A DNA stretch of 64,000 nt from an uncultured Planctomycetaceae bacterium (lineage in GTDB: Bacteria; Planctomycetota; Planctomycetia; Planctomycetales; Planctomycetaceae): positions 320,001-384,000 of the forward strand of contig CAWFAK010000017.1 in assembly GCA_963813715.1 (NCBI GenBank), read 5' to 3'. Position numbers and translations under genes: made by a program. Positions within the stretch are counted from its first letter, which is position 1. Every line of letters starts with the position of its first letter. Shown here in pieces: positions 1 to 10,772 of this stretch. Below the pieces are notes generated by a model. The model was not told the DNA's origin. It saw only the letters and a list, made by a program, of their open reading frames with translations, and made no database searches.

Positions 1-312
1 GCGATACTCGTCCCCGTAAGGGCCGACGCTGTACGGCGTCCGGTTGAGCATGATCGGGTATTTTTGGTTCTGGTCCTTGGGGACGTAGACCTCCGTGAAG
101 AGCCGTTTCCCGTCGCGCATGGGGATGCGGTATTCGTACTTCGTGTACTTGGCCTTGATCTCGGCCAGATGTTTATCGTCGATAGGCCGCTGGCGCTGGG
201 CCCAAGCGGGCGCCGCGGCATTGGCGACGACCAGTAGCGCGACGATCAGGCGGGCGGCTGGACAGGTTTTCGGTGTGCGGCGACGAGAGACGACTTCACG
301 AAGAGGCAGCAT
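1..312 (-). CDS. CocE/NonD family hydrolase, N-terminal part (continues beyond window start)
   Basis: Manual translation MLPLREV...APAWAQRQ...YTKYEYRIPMRDGKRLFTEVYVPKDQNQKYPIMLNRTPYSVGPYG; paralogous to the adjacent gene; absent from ORF track. Confidence 0.85.
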   Translation of the reverse strand, partial: MLPLREVVSRRRTPKTCPAARLIVALLVVANAAAPAWAQRQRPIDDKHLAEIKAKYTKYEYRIPMRDGKRLFTEVYVPKDQNQKYPIMLNRTPYSVGPYGDEYR

Positions 313-452
313 GGGGTCGATTCTCCAGAGGTTGAGCGTCCAGCATATCGCACAGGCCGGGTCAGTTGGCGCCAAAATGGGCGAGCGGCGGGTGTCAGCC
401 CGCCGGTTCGTCTTTCCGCGAACCAGCGACAAGTTTGCTCGGCCCCGCCCCG

Positions 453-2444
453 TCAACGCGAAACCGTCCCGGTTCCGCTCAGCGACGGCATCACCATCAG
501 CGTCACCCGCGACGCACGATCGTGCGAGCGATAGACGCGTTCGGTCGCCTTGTGGTACGTGCTCGGGTCGGCGCTGATAGATGTCGACGAAGCTCTGCGG
601 GTTGCGATCGATCAGCGGAAACCAGCTCGACTGCACCTGCACCATGATCCGGTGGCCGGTGCGAAACGTGTGGCAGATGTCCTGCATCTTGAACTTGATC
701 TCGGCCGGCTTGCCGGGCTCGAAGGCCTCCGGCTTTTCGAAGCTGTTGCGGTATTTGCCGCGGAAAGCGTCTCCGCGAACCAGTTGCTCGTAGCCGCCCA
801 TGTGGGTGCCGGAGGGGTTCACCTTGGGATCGGGCGCGTTGTTCGGATAGACGTCGACCAGCTTGACGACCCAGTCCGAGTCGGTCCCCGACGTCGAGAC
901 GTTGATGTCGACGTTAACTGGCCCCACGACGGAAACGTCCTGCGCCAGCGGCTCGGTCTCGTAATCCAGCACGTCGGGTCGTCGCGAGGCAAACCGCTGA
1001 TCGGCCGTCATGTACTCGCGGGTCATCCCGGTTCCAATCATTTCCAAGAAAGGCACCGGGTGCGACGGGTCGCTGACATATTCGTCGGACTCGTCGGCAC
1101 TCTTCTCGGTCGGCGCCGTCGTCGATAGGCCGCCGTTCGGCGCCGAAATAGTAGGAGCGCGCCTCCGCCTGCCGGTGGCGGCCAAGTCTCGAACTTGTGC
1201 CAGGTATTGCCGCCGGTCTCGAAGATCCAAGTCTTGGCCTCCTCGAATTTGCCCGTGTGCTTGAGATGGTGCTCGAAGAAGGGAAACTCGATTTTCGACT
1301 GGTAGTATTCGGCCGTCGGCGTGTTGAACGTGACGTCGCCCAAGCGCGAGCCTTCGCCGCGATACCAGCCGCCGTGCACCCACGGACCCATCACCAGATG
1401 GCTGTCGGTCGAGGGGCTGTTCTTGGCGAGGTTGCGATAAACCTCGAGTGCGCCGAACAGGTTTTCCGCGTCGTACCAGCCACCGACGGTGAGCACGGCC
1501 GGCTTGATGTGCTTGAGGTGCGGCCGCAGGTTCCGCGCCTTCCACCACTCGTCGTAATTGGCGTGCTGACAGACTTCTTTGAGGAACGCCGTTTCGCCCT
1601 TGAAGTAGCGATCGCTAGCCTTGCTGAGCGGTCCCATGTGCAGGAAGAAGTTGTAGCCGTCGGGAGTGCCAAAATCGAACTTCGCGCCATATTCCTTCAC
1701 CGGCTTGGGGCGCGGCCGGTCGAACCAGGGCAGGAAGCTGATCATGTGGGCGATTTGCAGCGCTCCGTTGTGGTGCCAGTCGTCTCCCATGAACCAATCG
1801 GTGACCGGAGCCTGCGGCGACGCGGCCACCAGGGCTGGATGAGCGTCGATCATGCCGGCTGCCGTGTAAAAGCCCGGATACGAAATGCCCCACATGCCGA
1901 CGCGGCCGTTGTTGTTTGGCACGTGCTTGATCAGCCAGTCGATCGTGTCGTAGGTGTCGCTTGATTCGTCGATGTCGGTCGAGCCGTTCTTGTTTTCGAT
2001 GTAGGGACGCATGTTGACGAACGTCCCCTCCGACATGAACCGCCCGCGCACGTCCTGTTCGACGAAGATGTAGCCCGACCTTTCGAACAGCTCCGACGGT
2101 CCGATGTGGCCGTTGTACTGGTCGGTCCCGTATGGCCGGCAGCTGTAGGGAGTCCGCGTGAGCAGGATCGGATACTTCTGGCTGCGAGCCTTGGGGATGT
2201 AGATCGCGGTGAAGAGCTTCACCCCGTCGCGCATCGGGATTTGATACTCGAACTTCGTGTAGTGCGACTTGACGTTGTATGCCGGCTTGTCGCTCGTGGT
2301 CCGTTTTTCGGTGGTGGTCTTCCGACGCTGGGCCCAGGCGGGCGTCGCGACGGTGGCGACGAGCGAGAGAACCAGGGCAAAGACCGAGGCGATGTGACGA
2401 ACGTTTTCTGGCAGGCGGGGCAGATTCAGGCGGGCGGACGGCAT
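453..2444 (-). CDS. CocE/NonD family hydrolase (alpha-amino acid ester hydrolase/glutaryl-7-ACA acylase-like), two apparent frameshifts near 1170 and 575
   Basis: IPMRDGVKL, RTPYS, QDVRGRFMSEG, nucleophile motif WGISYPGF, GDDWHHNGA; C-terminal domain (DQRFASRRPDVL, DSDWVVKLVDVYP, GHRIMVQVQSSWFPLIDRNPQ) lies in another frame. Confidence 0.88.
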
Positions 2445-2715
2445 CGGGCGAGGGTCTCCGGCGAGGGATCCAAACGGGGGTAAACCCAGCATAAAAAGCG
2501 GCGGTTCGATTGTCGTTGGTCGCCAATCGCTTTTTTTGCGGCTGATGGGGCAAACGATCGAGCTCTATCCCGATTTGTCGCGAAAAGCCGGGAATGACTC
2601 ACGGAGCCTTAATGGATGGGCGGGAAACTGGTGTTGCGGTTTCACCGCTTACCGGCAAAATACGTCGCCTTTCCCGAATGGAACCGGCCGCGGCACCCCG
2701 AATCACGGACGATTC

Positions 2716-4230
2716 ATGAGCACCAACACGCTTTCTCGCCCGACTGTCGGCCGGCTTCGCGCCGAGTTGGAGCGCGGGTTGTCGTCGGTCAACCAACGAC
2801 CGCGCTTGTGGCTGGGGTTGTTGGTGCTGCTCTTGATCGCCCAGGTTCGTCCCTGGTGGATTCCGCAACCCGACAGCCGCTGCTACTTGTCGATGGCCCG
2901 CAGCCTGGCCGAACAGGGACAAATGCTGAACCTTGGGCGTGAACATCTCTGGTACTTCCCGGGCTATCCGCTGTTGTTGACCCCGCTGTATTGGGTGAGC
3001 GAGCAGCCGGACTGGCTGATTTCGGCTTTTCAGTGGGTGGCGGCCGCCCTGTTGATGGTCGGCGTTTACCAGTGGGCCCGCCGGATCGTGCCGCAATGGG
3101 CCGTTTGGATCGCCGCCGTAAGCGCGGTGAACTCGGGCGTCTGGTTTCACGCGGCCCGCGTGCTGAGCGAAGTTCCCTTTATGTGCGCGCTCGTCTGGTC
3201 GGCCAACGCGGGGATCGCCGCGTACCGCAGCCGGACGTTATCGCGGACGATTGTGCTCACCATCGTGGCCGCACTGTTGGTGGCGGTGACGGCCATCATT
3301 CGGCCGGCGGGACTGATGCTGGCCGTCGGCTTTGGGCTGAGCCTCGGCTGGCAAGCGTTGCGCCAGAGGAAGACGTGCCAGCGGACGACGTGGCTGCGGG
3401 CGGTCGCGATCACGCTGGCGCTGGGAGTGCCGGCTTCAATCGGCGTCGTCACCTTCATGAAGATCGAGCAGTCGACCGCGACCGAGGAGTCGGCTCGCAC
3501 TTACTTGAGCAACTTCGGCGATTCGGCCCGCAGTCCGCTCGCCTCGTATCTCGAGGGCCTGCGGCTGGCGATTCGCGACAGCGGACGCGTCGTGATCCCC
3601 GGCATGTTCAAGGCCTACAACGAGACCGGCTGGCTCGACCCCAATCTCCTCATTTATGTGCCGGCCTGCCTGGTGCTGACGTGGGCCTGGTGGCGGCTGA
3701 CGCGGGAGACGGCCGATCCCCTGCTGCTCGGCGTTCCCTTTTACGTGCTGTTGCACGTCGTCTATCCGTACGAGGCCGGTGCGAGGTTTTTCGTGCCGCT
3801 GTTGCCGATCTTCTTGGCCAGCCTGGCGTTTTTGATCAAGCCGGGTGAGCGGCGGCGCGTGTTTGCGGTGGCTGCGTTTTGCGCGGCCCACATGTTGATC
3901 GCCGTGGTCTATTGGCTGGCCATCGACGCGCCCCGCGCTGCGGCCGAGGCCCGCCGCGGAGAGGAAATCGCCACGATCAGCCAACGGATCAAGGCCGACA
4001 ACCGTCACGTGGCGGCCGTCGATCTCGATGGCAATGACCTGCTGATGCTCGAATTGCAGCTCGACCGCCAGGTGCCACTGCGCGAGAAGACCTACATGGC
4101 CAACGACGAGTGGCTGGTGTCCGACCGGCGGCTCCAACCGGCGGGCCCCTATCACTTGTCGGCGACGACCGATTCGTTCGCGCTGTCACGCCGCGCCGTC
4201 GGCGGGCAGAACGCGCCGCTGGCGCAGTAG
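2716..4230 (+). CDS. ArnT/GT39-like integral membrane glycosyltransferase
   Basis: Multiple TM segments; DSRCYLSMARSLA, YFPGYPLLL, LSEVPF, IRPAG and RFFVPLLP motifs typical of GT-C proteins. Confidence 0.65.
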   Translation: MSTNTLSRPTVGRLRAELERGLSSVNQRPRLWLGLLVLLLIAQVRPWWIPQPDSRCYLSMARSLAEQGQMLNLGREHLWYFPGYPLLLTPLYWVSEQPDWLISAFQWVAAALLMVGVYQWARRIVPQWAVWIAAVSAVNSGVWFHAARVLSEVPFMCALVWSANAGIAAYRSRTLSRTIVLTIVAALLVAVTAIIRPAGLMLAVGFGLSLGWQALRQRKTCQRTTWLRAVAITLALGVPASIGVVTFMKIEQSTATEESARTYLSNFGDSARSPLASYLEGLRLAIRDSGRVVIPGMFKAYNETGWLDPNLLIYVPACLVLTWAWWRLTRETADPLLLGVPFYVLLHVVYPYEAGARFFVPLLPIFLASLAFLIKPGERRRVFAVAAFCAAHMLIAVVYWLAIDAPRAAAEARRGEEIATISQRIKADNRHVAAVDLDGNDLLMLELQLDRQVPLREKTYMANDEWLVSDRRLQPAGPYHLSATTDSFALSRRAVGGQNAPLAQ

Positions 4231-4284
4231 TCGTCGGTGTCCGTGTCATGCGGACGCGCGATGCCGGCTGTGGCAGTCCGGCCG

Positions 4285-6972
4285 TTATTCCGTGACTTCG
4301 GCGGGGATCACCGGGTGGGCCGCCAGGAAGACCGGGCAGTGCGCGTGGGTCAGCACGTAATTCATTTCGGAGCCGCACAGCCGGCCCCTTTCCAGCGGGC
4401 GTTCCTGCGGCAGCGGCAAGAACGATTAACTCGTAGTGCCCGTCCTTCGCCAGACGCACCACGTCCTGTCCATAGGCGGCACCGAACGAGTCGACTTTGA
4501 TCTCGCGGCCGAGCGTGCGGGCTCGTTCCAGGTCGCGTTGCAACACGCCGTTGGTCGACGCGTTCGATTCTTCCTGCGGCGGGATGGCCGCCACGTCGAG
4601 GACGACCTTGCGATCGAGCATCGTCAGCACCCAAAGGAAGAGGTCGCTGCTGACGGGCGTGGCGTCGTGAATCAGGAGGACTTTGTCGACACCCACCCCG
4701 GCCGCGCGCAAGTCGGCAACCGATCGTGCGTGCCGCTCGCCGAACTTGGGAATGCGATTCCCGCCTTCGACGTCAAAATAAACGTCCCGGTTGCGGCTCA
4801 AGACCCGTACCGTCAGCCCGGGCGGCCGGCCGTCGTGCAGACTGATCCAATAGAACGAGATCTGGTCGAGCTGCTCCTCGGCCGTGAACTTGTTCGACGC
4901 GCCGACTACCACTTCCTGGGCCTGGATCTCCTTGGCCACCCGCAAAATGGCGTGCAGCGGGCTGTTGGTCGGCACGATCAGCGGACGGACCTTTTTGCCC
5001 ACTTTTTCTGCCCGCTCGACAACCGCGGTCATCAGCTGCTGATCGTAGGTATCCAGGTCGAGTCGGCCGGTGCCCGTCTCCCCGCCGGGAACCGTCATTT
5101 TCGCCGTCATCACCACGACGTCGGTCGTGTTGGGGTCGCTCTCGGCCAGCGCCTTCTCCAGCATGAACAAGTTGTGCGGCGAGCGGATGGCCACCAGCTT
5201 CCGATATGGCTTGGTCAGCCCAAAGCTCTCCTGTTTGATTTCGGGTAGCACCTGCTGGTTGAACTGCTCGAGATGCACGTGCTTGGTGCCGCGGCGTTTC
5301 TCGTTCACCGCCTCGGTCACGACGAAGATCGTGAGGAACACCGCGCTGAAGGCGGCCCCGCTGATCGTGGCGACTTCCTTCGTCAGCAGGTTGGCGATCG
5401 CAGACGCCAACACGACCACCGAGATGATGCCGAGCCCGATCGGCAGCTCGTACTTGCCGAACTGAATGTTGAAGGGCACCTTGAATTCGCGCGGCGTATG
5501 GTCCTTGAAGCGCAGCACCACCATCGACAGCGTCTTGAACGTGAAGCTCCAAACGACGCCAAAGGCATACGCTTCGCCCAGCAGAATGAAGTCGCCCCGG
5601 CTGGCAACGATCGTAAACAGCTGCAAGCCGACGATCAGCCACAGGATCCGCGAACTCGTGCCGTATCGCACGTGCGGCTTGAGAAACCAGTCGGGCAGCA
5701 CGCCGTCTTCGGCCACGCGGTTGAGCACACCGTTGGAGCCGATGATCGAGGTGTTGACCGCTCCCGACAGGATCAAGAAGCCGACGACCACCACGAAAGC
5801 GTTGAGCAACAGCTTGAGCGGCACCGGTCCCACCATATGCATCGCCAGGCCGCCGATAAAGTTGTCGTAATATTGGCCCATCCGCTCGCCTTCGGGGATC
5901 AGGATCACGGCCAGAAAGCTGACCGAGCCCGTGAGCAGTACGCTGTAGACAAAGACGATAAAGGCCGCCTTTTTGAAATTCTTGAGCTTGGGGGATTCGA
6001 CCTCCCGATAGACCTGCGCAAGCGTCTCCTCGCCGCTCATCGCCAGGATCGAATGCCCGAAGGCGATCACGACTCCCGCCAAGCCGATCAAAGTCAGCCA
6101 GGCGGCCGAGCCGGAGTTCCGCAGGGGCTCGGCAATCGAGGGGAAGCGCCCAGGAAGCCCAGTGGATCTTCCTGGCGGCCGGTCACGGGGTTCATCTTGG
6201 GAACCCGCTCGCCCGTGTCGGTGACGGTGAATTTGGGATTGAGGTCGGGGTGCCAGCTCGGCACCTTGTTGGCTGCCCCGTTCGTCGCCAGCGTCACTCC
6301 GCTCCAAGCCAGGATCACCAAACCCATGATGGTGGTGGCGATCATGATCTTGAGCGCCTTGTCGCTCGATTCATGGATCCCCAGCATGTTCTGGCGGAAA
6401 AAATAGAGGGTGATCACGCAGGCGATCGCGACGGCCCCCCAGCCTTTGATGTCGTGTTGCAGCCCGACCGGGATGGGGACGTGCAGGTAGATGGTGAGCG
6501 CGTCGATCCCCAGCCCGCAGATGTACTGCCCCGCCGAGACGCCGCTAATGGGCCCGGTGAGAATGTAGTCGAAGAGGAGCGCGGAGACGGAGAGCTTGGC
6601 GACGAAGCCCCCCATCGCCTCCTTGACGACGCGATAAACGCCGCCGCGCACAAACAACGCGCTGGACTCGATATAGACGGAGCGCATCGCGTAACTGAAC
6701 AGCAGTACCCCCAAGATGAACCATGGGGCCGCTGGTCCGATGGCGCTCTCGACGATCGCCCCGATGTAGTAGGCCGTGCTCGCCAGGTCGCAGAGTACGA
6801 CCGCCGCCGTCCGCCAGTACGAAATGAACGTAAACGTCACGCTGCTGATGACGATGACTTGGGCAGCGCGGATGGCCTTGGCGGTGGTGGTCGAAAGCCC
6901 GGCCGAAGGAGCACCATTGGGAGTAGACAATGAGGGGGAAGACGAGGCCGGACCGGTCGTTTCGTTCGACAC
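4285..6972 (-). CDS. APC family permease (KimA/YdaO-like) with C-terminal universal-stress-protein-like domains; apparent frameshifts near 6140 and 4400
   Basis: ORFs 6094..6972 and 3989..6307 join (FISYWRTAAVVLCDLASTAYY; AMSGEETLAQVYREVESPK); USP-like tail NYVLTHAHCPVFLAAHP ends at TAA 4285. Confidence 0.82.
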
Positions 6973-7371
6973 GAGAAGTTGGCGCCCTCTTTACTGGTGC
7001 GATGGCGGCCGCCGATTCGCGGTTGCAAAATGCCTGTGCGGCATCCGGCGGGTTGGCGATTTGCCCGGCAGGCCGCGGGCGGAATAGTCGCCCGCAATTG
7101 GCAAACGGGCAATTCTCCCGAAAATGAGCGGATGTCGTCAAGGAGGAGGCCTTTGGTCCGGTTTCGCGGGATGCGGGCAAAAGTCCCGGAACTCACGGAG
7201 GTCGCCGCGTGTTCTTATTCTCAACCGGCCACTCTGGTTGGACTGTGCCTGCGCGACGTCCTTGCTTGTTCGCCCGCTCCGACCATTAAATAATCACAAA
7301 CCCGCCCCGTCCGGCGGGATCGGCCTTTCGAGATCGGACGATCTCCGTTCAACGGCCTGGACTTGCGATTC

Positions 7372-8761
7372 ATGGCTCACGCTGGACGCGACCTTGGACC
7401 TCCGGCGCTTTCTCGCAGCCTGAATCTGCCGCAGGCCATTTCGCTGAACATCGCCAATATGGTCGGTGTCGGGCCGTTCATCACCATTCCCCTGATGTTG
7501 GCGGCCATGCCGGGGCCGCAGGTCATTTGGGCCTGGGTGGTGGGCGGATTGCTGGTATTGTGCGACGGCCTGGTCTGGAGCGAGTTGGGGGCCGCGCTGC
7601 CTGGCAGCGGCGGGTCGTACCACTTTCTCAAAGAGATTTACGGGCGACTCGACCCGACCTGGGGACGGCTGATCCCGTTCCTCTTCGTCTGGCAGTTCCT
7701 GTTTAGCGGCACGTGCGAGACGGCCTCCGCCTACATCGGGGGGCTCAAATATCTCGAGTATGCGATTCCCGGGCTCGAGGAGACGCTCGCTCGCTGGCAC
7801 GTTCCCGGCGGCACGCACACGCTGGCGGCCGCCCTCAGTGTCGCGGTGACGATCCTCTTGTGCCGCAACATTCGCGTGCTCGGCCAACTGAGCGTGTTTT
7901 TCTGCGCGGGGATCCTCGGGGCCCTGCTCCTGGTGATCGTTTCCGGCCTGCCCGATCTCGACTGGCGCCTGTTGCACGTCCCAGCCGGCACCTACGACGT
8001 GCAAAACGCTCCCCACTTTGCTTGGGGATTGGGGGCGGCGATGACGATCGCCATCTACAACTATTTCGGCTACTACAACATCTGCTTCCTCGGAGACGAG
8101 GTTAAAGACCCCGGCAAGACGATTCCGCGGGCCGTCATCAGCTCCGTTTGGATGATCGGGATCCTCTATATCCTGATGACCGTCGCCATTATCGGCGTGA
8201 TCCCTTGGCGGGAGGCGGCCGAGTCCGAGGCGGTCGCCGCCAACTTGGTGTCCCTGGTTTTCGGCCCGCATTTGGCGACCGCGTTTGCCTGGCTAGTGGT
8301 GTGGACGGCGCTGGCCGGGCGTGTTTGCCATGTCGCTGGGCTATTCGCGGATTCCGTTCGCGGCCGCCCGCAACGGCGACTTCTTTCGGGTCTTCGGCAC
8401 ACTGCACGCCGGCGGCTTTCCGGTGATCTCGATCATCTGCCTGGGAGCACTGACGACGGCCGTTTGCTATCTGCAGCTTGGCGATGTGGTCGATGCGGCC
8501 GTCGCCGTCCGCATCCTGGTGCAGTTTGTCGGCCAGATTGTGGGGCTGCATATTCTCCGTACGACGCGACCCGACGCCCGCTTGCCCTTCCGCATGCGGC
8601 TTTACCCGATTCCCAGCTTCATCGCTTTAGTTGGCTGGCTGTTTGTGCTGGCAACGCAAAAGCCGTTGGTCCTGGCGATTACGGTCGGAGTCACGCTGGC
8701 CGGCGTGCCGGCGTTCTGGGTTTGGAAAGTGGTGGAGAGACGCCGCATCGCCGTGCCCTAA
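7372..8761 (+). CDS. APC family amino acid permease; apparent frameshift near 8320
   Basis: NMVGVGPFITIP, WSELGAALPGSGGSY, YNYFGYYNICFLGDEVKDPGKTIP; continues as SLGYSRIPFAAARNG...PFRMRLYPIP. Confidence 0.85.
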
Positions 8762-8825
8762 AGCCGGGACGCAAACCGGAGGGGCCGAGCGCACCCGCAC
8801 AGCAAACCGAACCGGGAGAAGAATC

Positions 8826-9547
8826 ATGGACCGCGTGCAACAATTGGCCGATCTGCTGCAGTCGATGACGGCCGTCGACCTCGCGCCGCGGTTGGAGCGG
8901 GGCATGCCGAGATATCCGGCCCACCCGCACCTGATCATCGACCCGACCGTCACGCACGAGCGTCATGGCTATTACTGCCAGTCACTGTCGATGCCCGAAC
9001 ACATCGGTTGCCACGTCAACGCGCCGGCACACACGGTCCCCAAACTGATGGATTCAACCGTCGATACTCTGCCCGTCGATCAACTTGTTGGTCCGGCCGT
9101 CGTCTACGACTTCTCCCAGCGCGACCTGCAGCCAGGCCAGACGCTGACGGCCGACGACTTTCTGGAGTACGAGCGCGATCACGGCGTGCAGGCGGGAGCG
9201 GGCGACATGCCGCTGGTCTGCTTCGGCTGGCACCGCCGGCACTGGAGTTCACCCGCTTTCTACGAGCGCAACCAGCCCGGGAATGGACGAAAAAGTGACG
9301 GTGCTGTTCGCCGAGCGGCAAAGTCCGCGCAGTGGGAGCCGACACGATCGCCTGCGAGATTCCGTTCGTCAAAGGCGTGGCGGGCGACGCGCCCGGCCAC
9401 CGCAAGCATTGGCTGCCCAACGGCATCTTGATCGTGGAGTGCCTGGCCCAACTCGAAAAGCTGCCGTCGCGCGTGTTCCTGGTCGCCGCGCCGCTGCCGA
9501 TTGAAAACGGCTCGGGCTCGCCGCTAAGGCCGATCGCGTATTTCTGA
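8826..9547 (+). CDS. Cyclase family (kynurenine formamidase-like) protein; apparent frameshifts near 9285-9330
   Basis: VDLAPRLERGMP, EHIGCHVNAPAH, GADTIACE, GILIVECLAQL, APLPIENGSGSPLRPIA. Confidence 0.8.
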
Positions 9548-9587
9548 CCAAGCCCCGAAGGCACAAAGAAAGACGCAGAAATTGGCT

Positions 9588-10093
9588 GACTCGACTGGTC
9601 GACGATTACCGAGCCAAGTCCGGGTGACCGGGGTGGAGCTGTCAGCTCGCTCCCAGGTCCGCAACGCCGGTCTCCCTGTTCAATGAGAGTGTCCGGACCG
9701 GATTCAGACTTCGTCCTAAACCGCATCTGCTGCAGCTCTTAACACCGGTCTAAATCCGAATTGTGAAGATTAGACCGGACCGGACTCGACTGGTCGCGAC
9801 TCGAGTCATTCGGTCGAGCCGTCAGGCTCGCCCCCGGGTCCGCGATCGCCGGTCTCCTTGTTCAAATGAAAGTGTCCGGACCGGATTCAGACTTCGTCAT
9901 AAACCGCGTCTGCTGCAGCTCTTAACCCCGGTCTAAATCCGAATTGTGAAGATTAGACCGGACCGGACCTGACTCGGCGTTTTGTGCTTATAGTCGAGCC
10001 CAGCACCGTCTGGCTGGGGTCGAGCCAGCAGATTCGCCCCCAGGGTCCGCGACCGCCGGTCCTCGTTGTTCAAATGAGAGTGTCCGGACCGGA
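9588..10093. repeat. Tandem array of a ~185-bp palindromic non-coding unit (2 full copies plus 1 partial)
   Basis: Near-identical blocks at ~9641-9785 and ~9821-9968 (offset 183 bp); third copy ~10031-10093 contains only the left half. Confidence 0.92.
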
Positions 10094-10104
10094 CCCGTCG
10101 TCAT

Positions 10105-10158
10105 CCGATCACTGAATGGCCACCCATCACCGAACGGCCGCCGATCGCCGAATGCCCG
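10105..10158. repeat. Three degenerate 18-bp tandem repeats
   Basis: ccgatcactgaatggcca / cccatcaccgaacggccg / ccgatcgccgaatgcccg. Confidence 0.6.
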
Positions 10159-10772
10159 CTGTCAGGCGTCCACGAAATCCCGTCGGTGCCCATTCAACGG
10201 CCTTGCGGCGATTTCATCCCCGGCGCGCAAGCCGATCTCGGCCGTCACGACGGGCCAAACTCCATTCTGCCACAAATTGCCAACCAACCAAGATCGGTTT
10301 TCTACGCTCAGGTTTCGCGGTTACTCGGCGGGAATGCAGACGGGAGATTTGCCTTGGGTGCCATGGTTGAGCTTGCTCAACCGTGCTCTTAACCGTTCAG
10401 CAACCGGCACATTCGTTGGTCATCCCAGAAAAGCCGGGCAGGCATGGCGGCACAATTTGCCGGCCTAAGAATGGAGTTGGCAGAAAGGGCTGTCGAGAGT
10501 ACAACTTCTGCCCACGCCGCTCAGGATCTATAAAGACCGGCAGCTTCCGCACTTCCCGCCGCAACTCTCCCCGCTCCGTTTCCTTCACTCCGGCTCGGCG
10601 AAAGCCGCAGTCCAGACTCGTCTTTCGAGCCAATCGGCCTCCGTAACACGCCGGCTCCGCAGCCGTCACGGACAGACCTCGCCTACCCACGCCTGACATT
10701 CCGTAATCCGCTTGTCGTCAGTCACCAAGTGGCCGCGCCCGAATTGCGCGGCAGATGCGAAACTGAAACTGC

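Noticed and set aside
6973..7371. c-di-AMP (ydaO) riboswitch upstream of the KimA-like permease
   Set aside because: I could not find the conserved GCTGAA...GGGGGA...GTCAGCTAAC elements on the minus strand
9016..9726. 236-aa minus-strand ORF entering the repeat
   Set aside because: Antisense shadow of the cyclase gene; no motif
9588..10093. CRISPR array
   Set aside because: Repeat units are ~145 bp, there are only 2.5 copies, the linkers resemble each other and no cas genes are present
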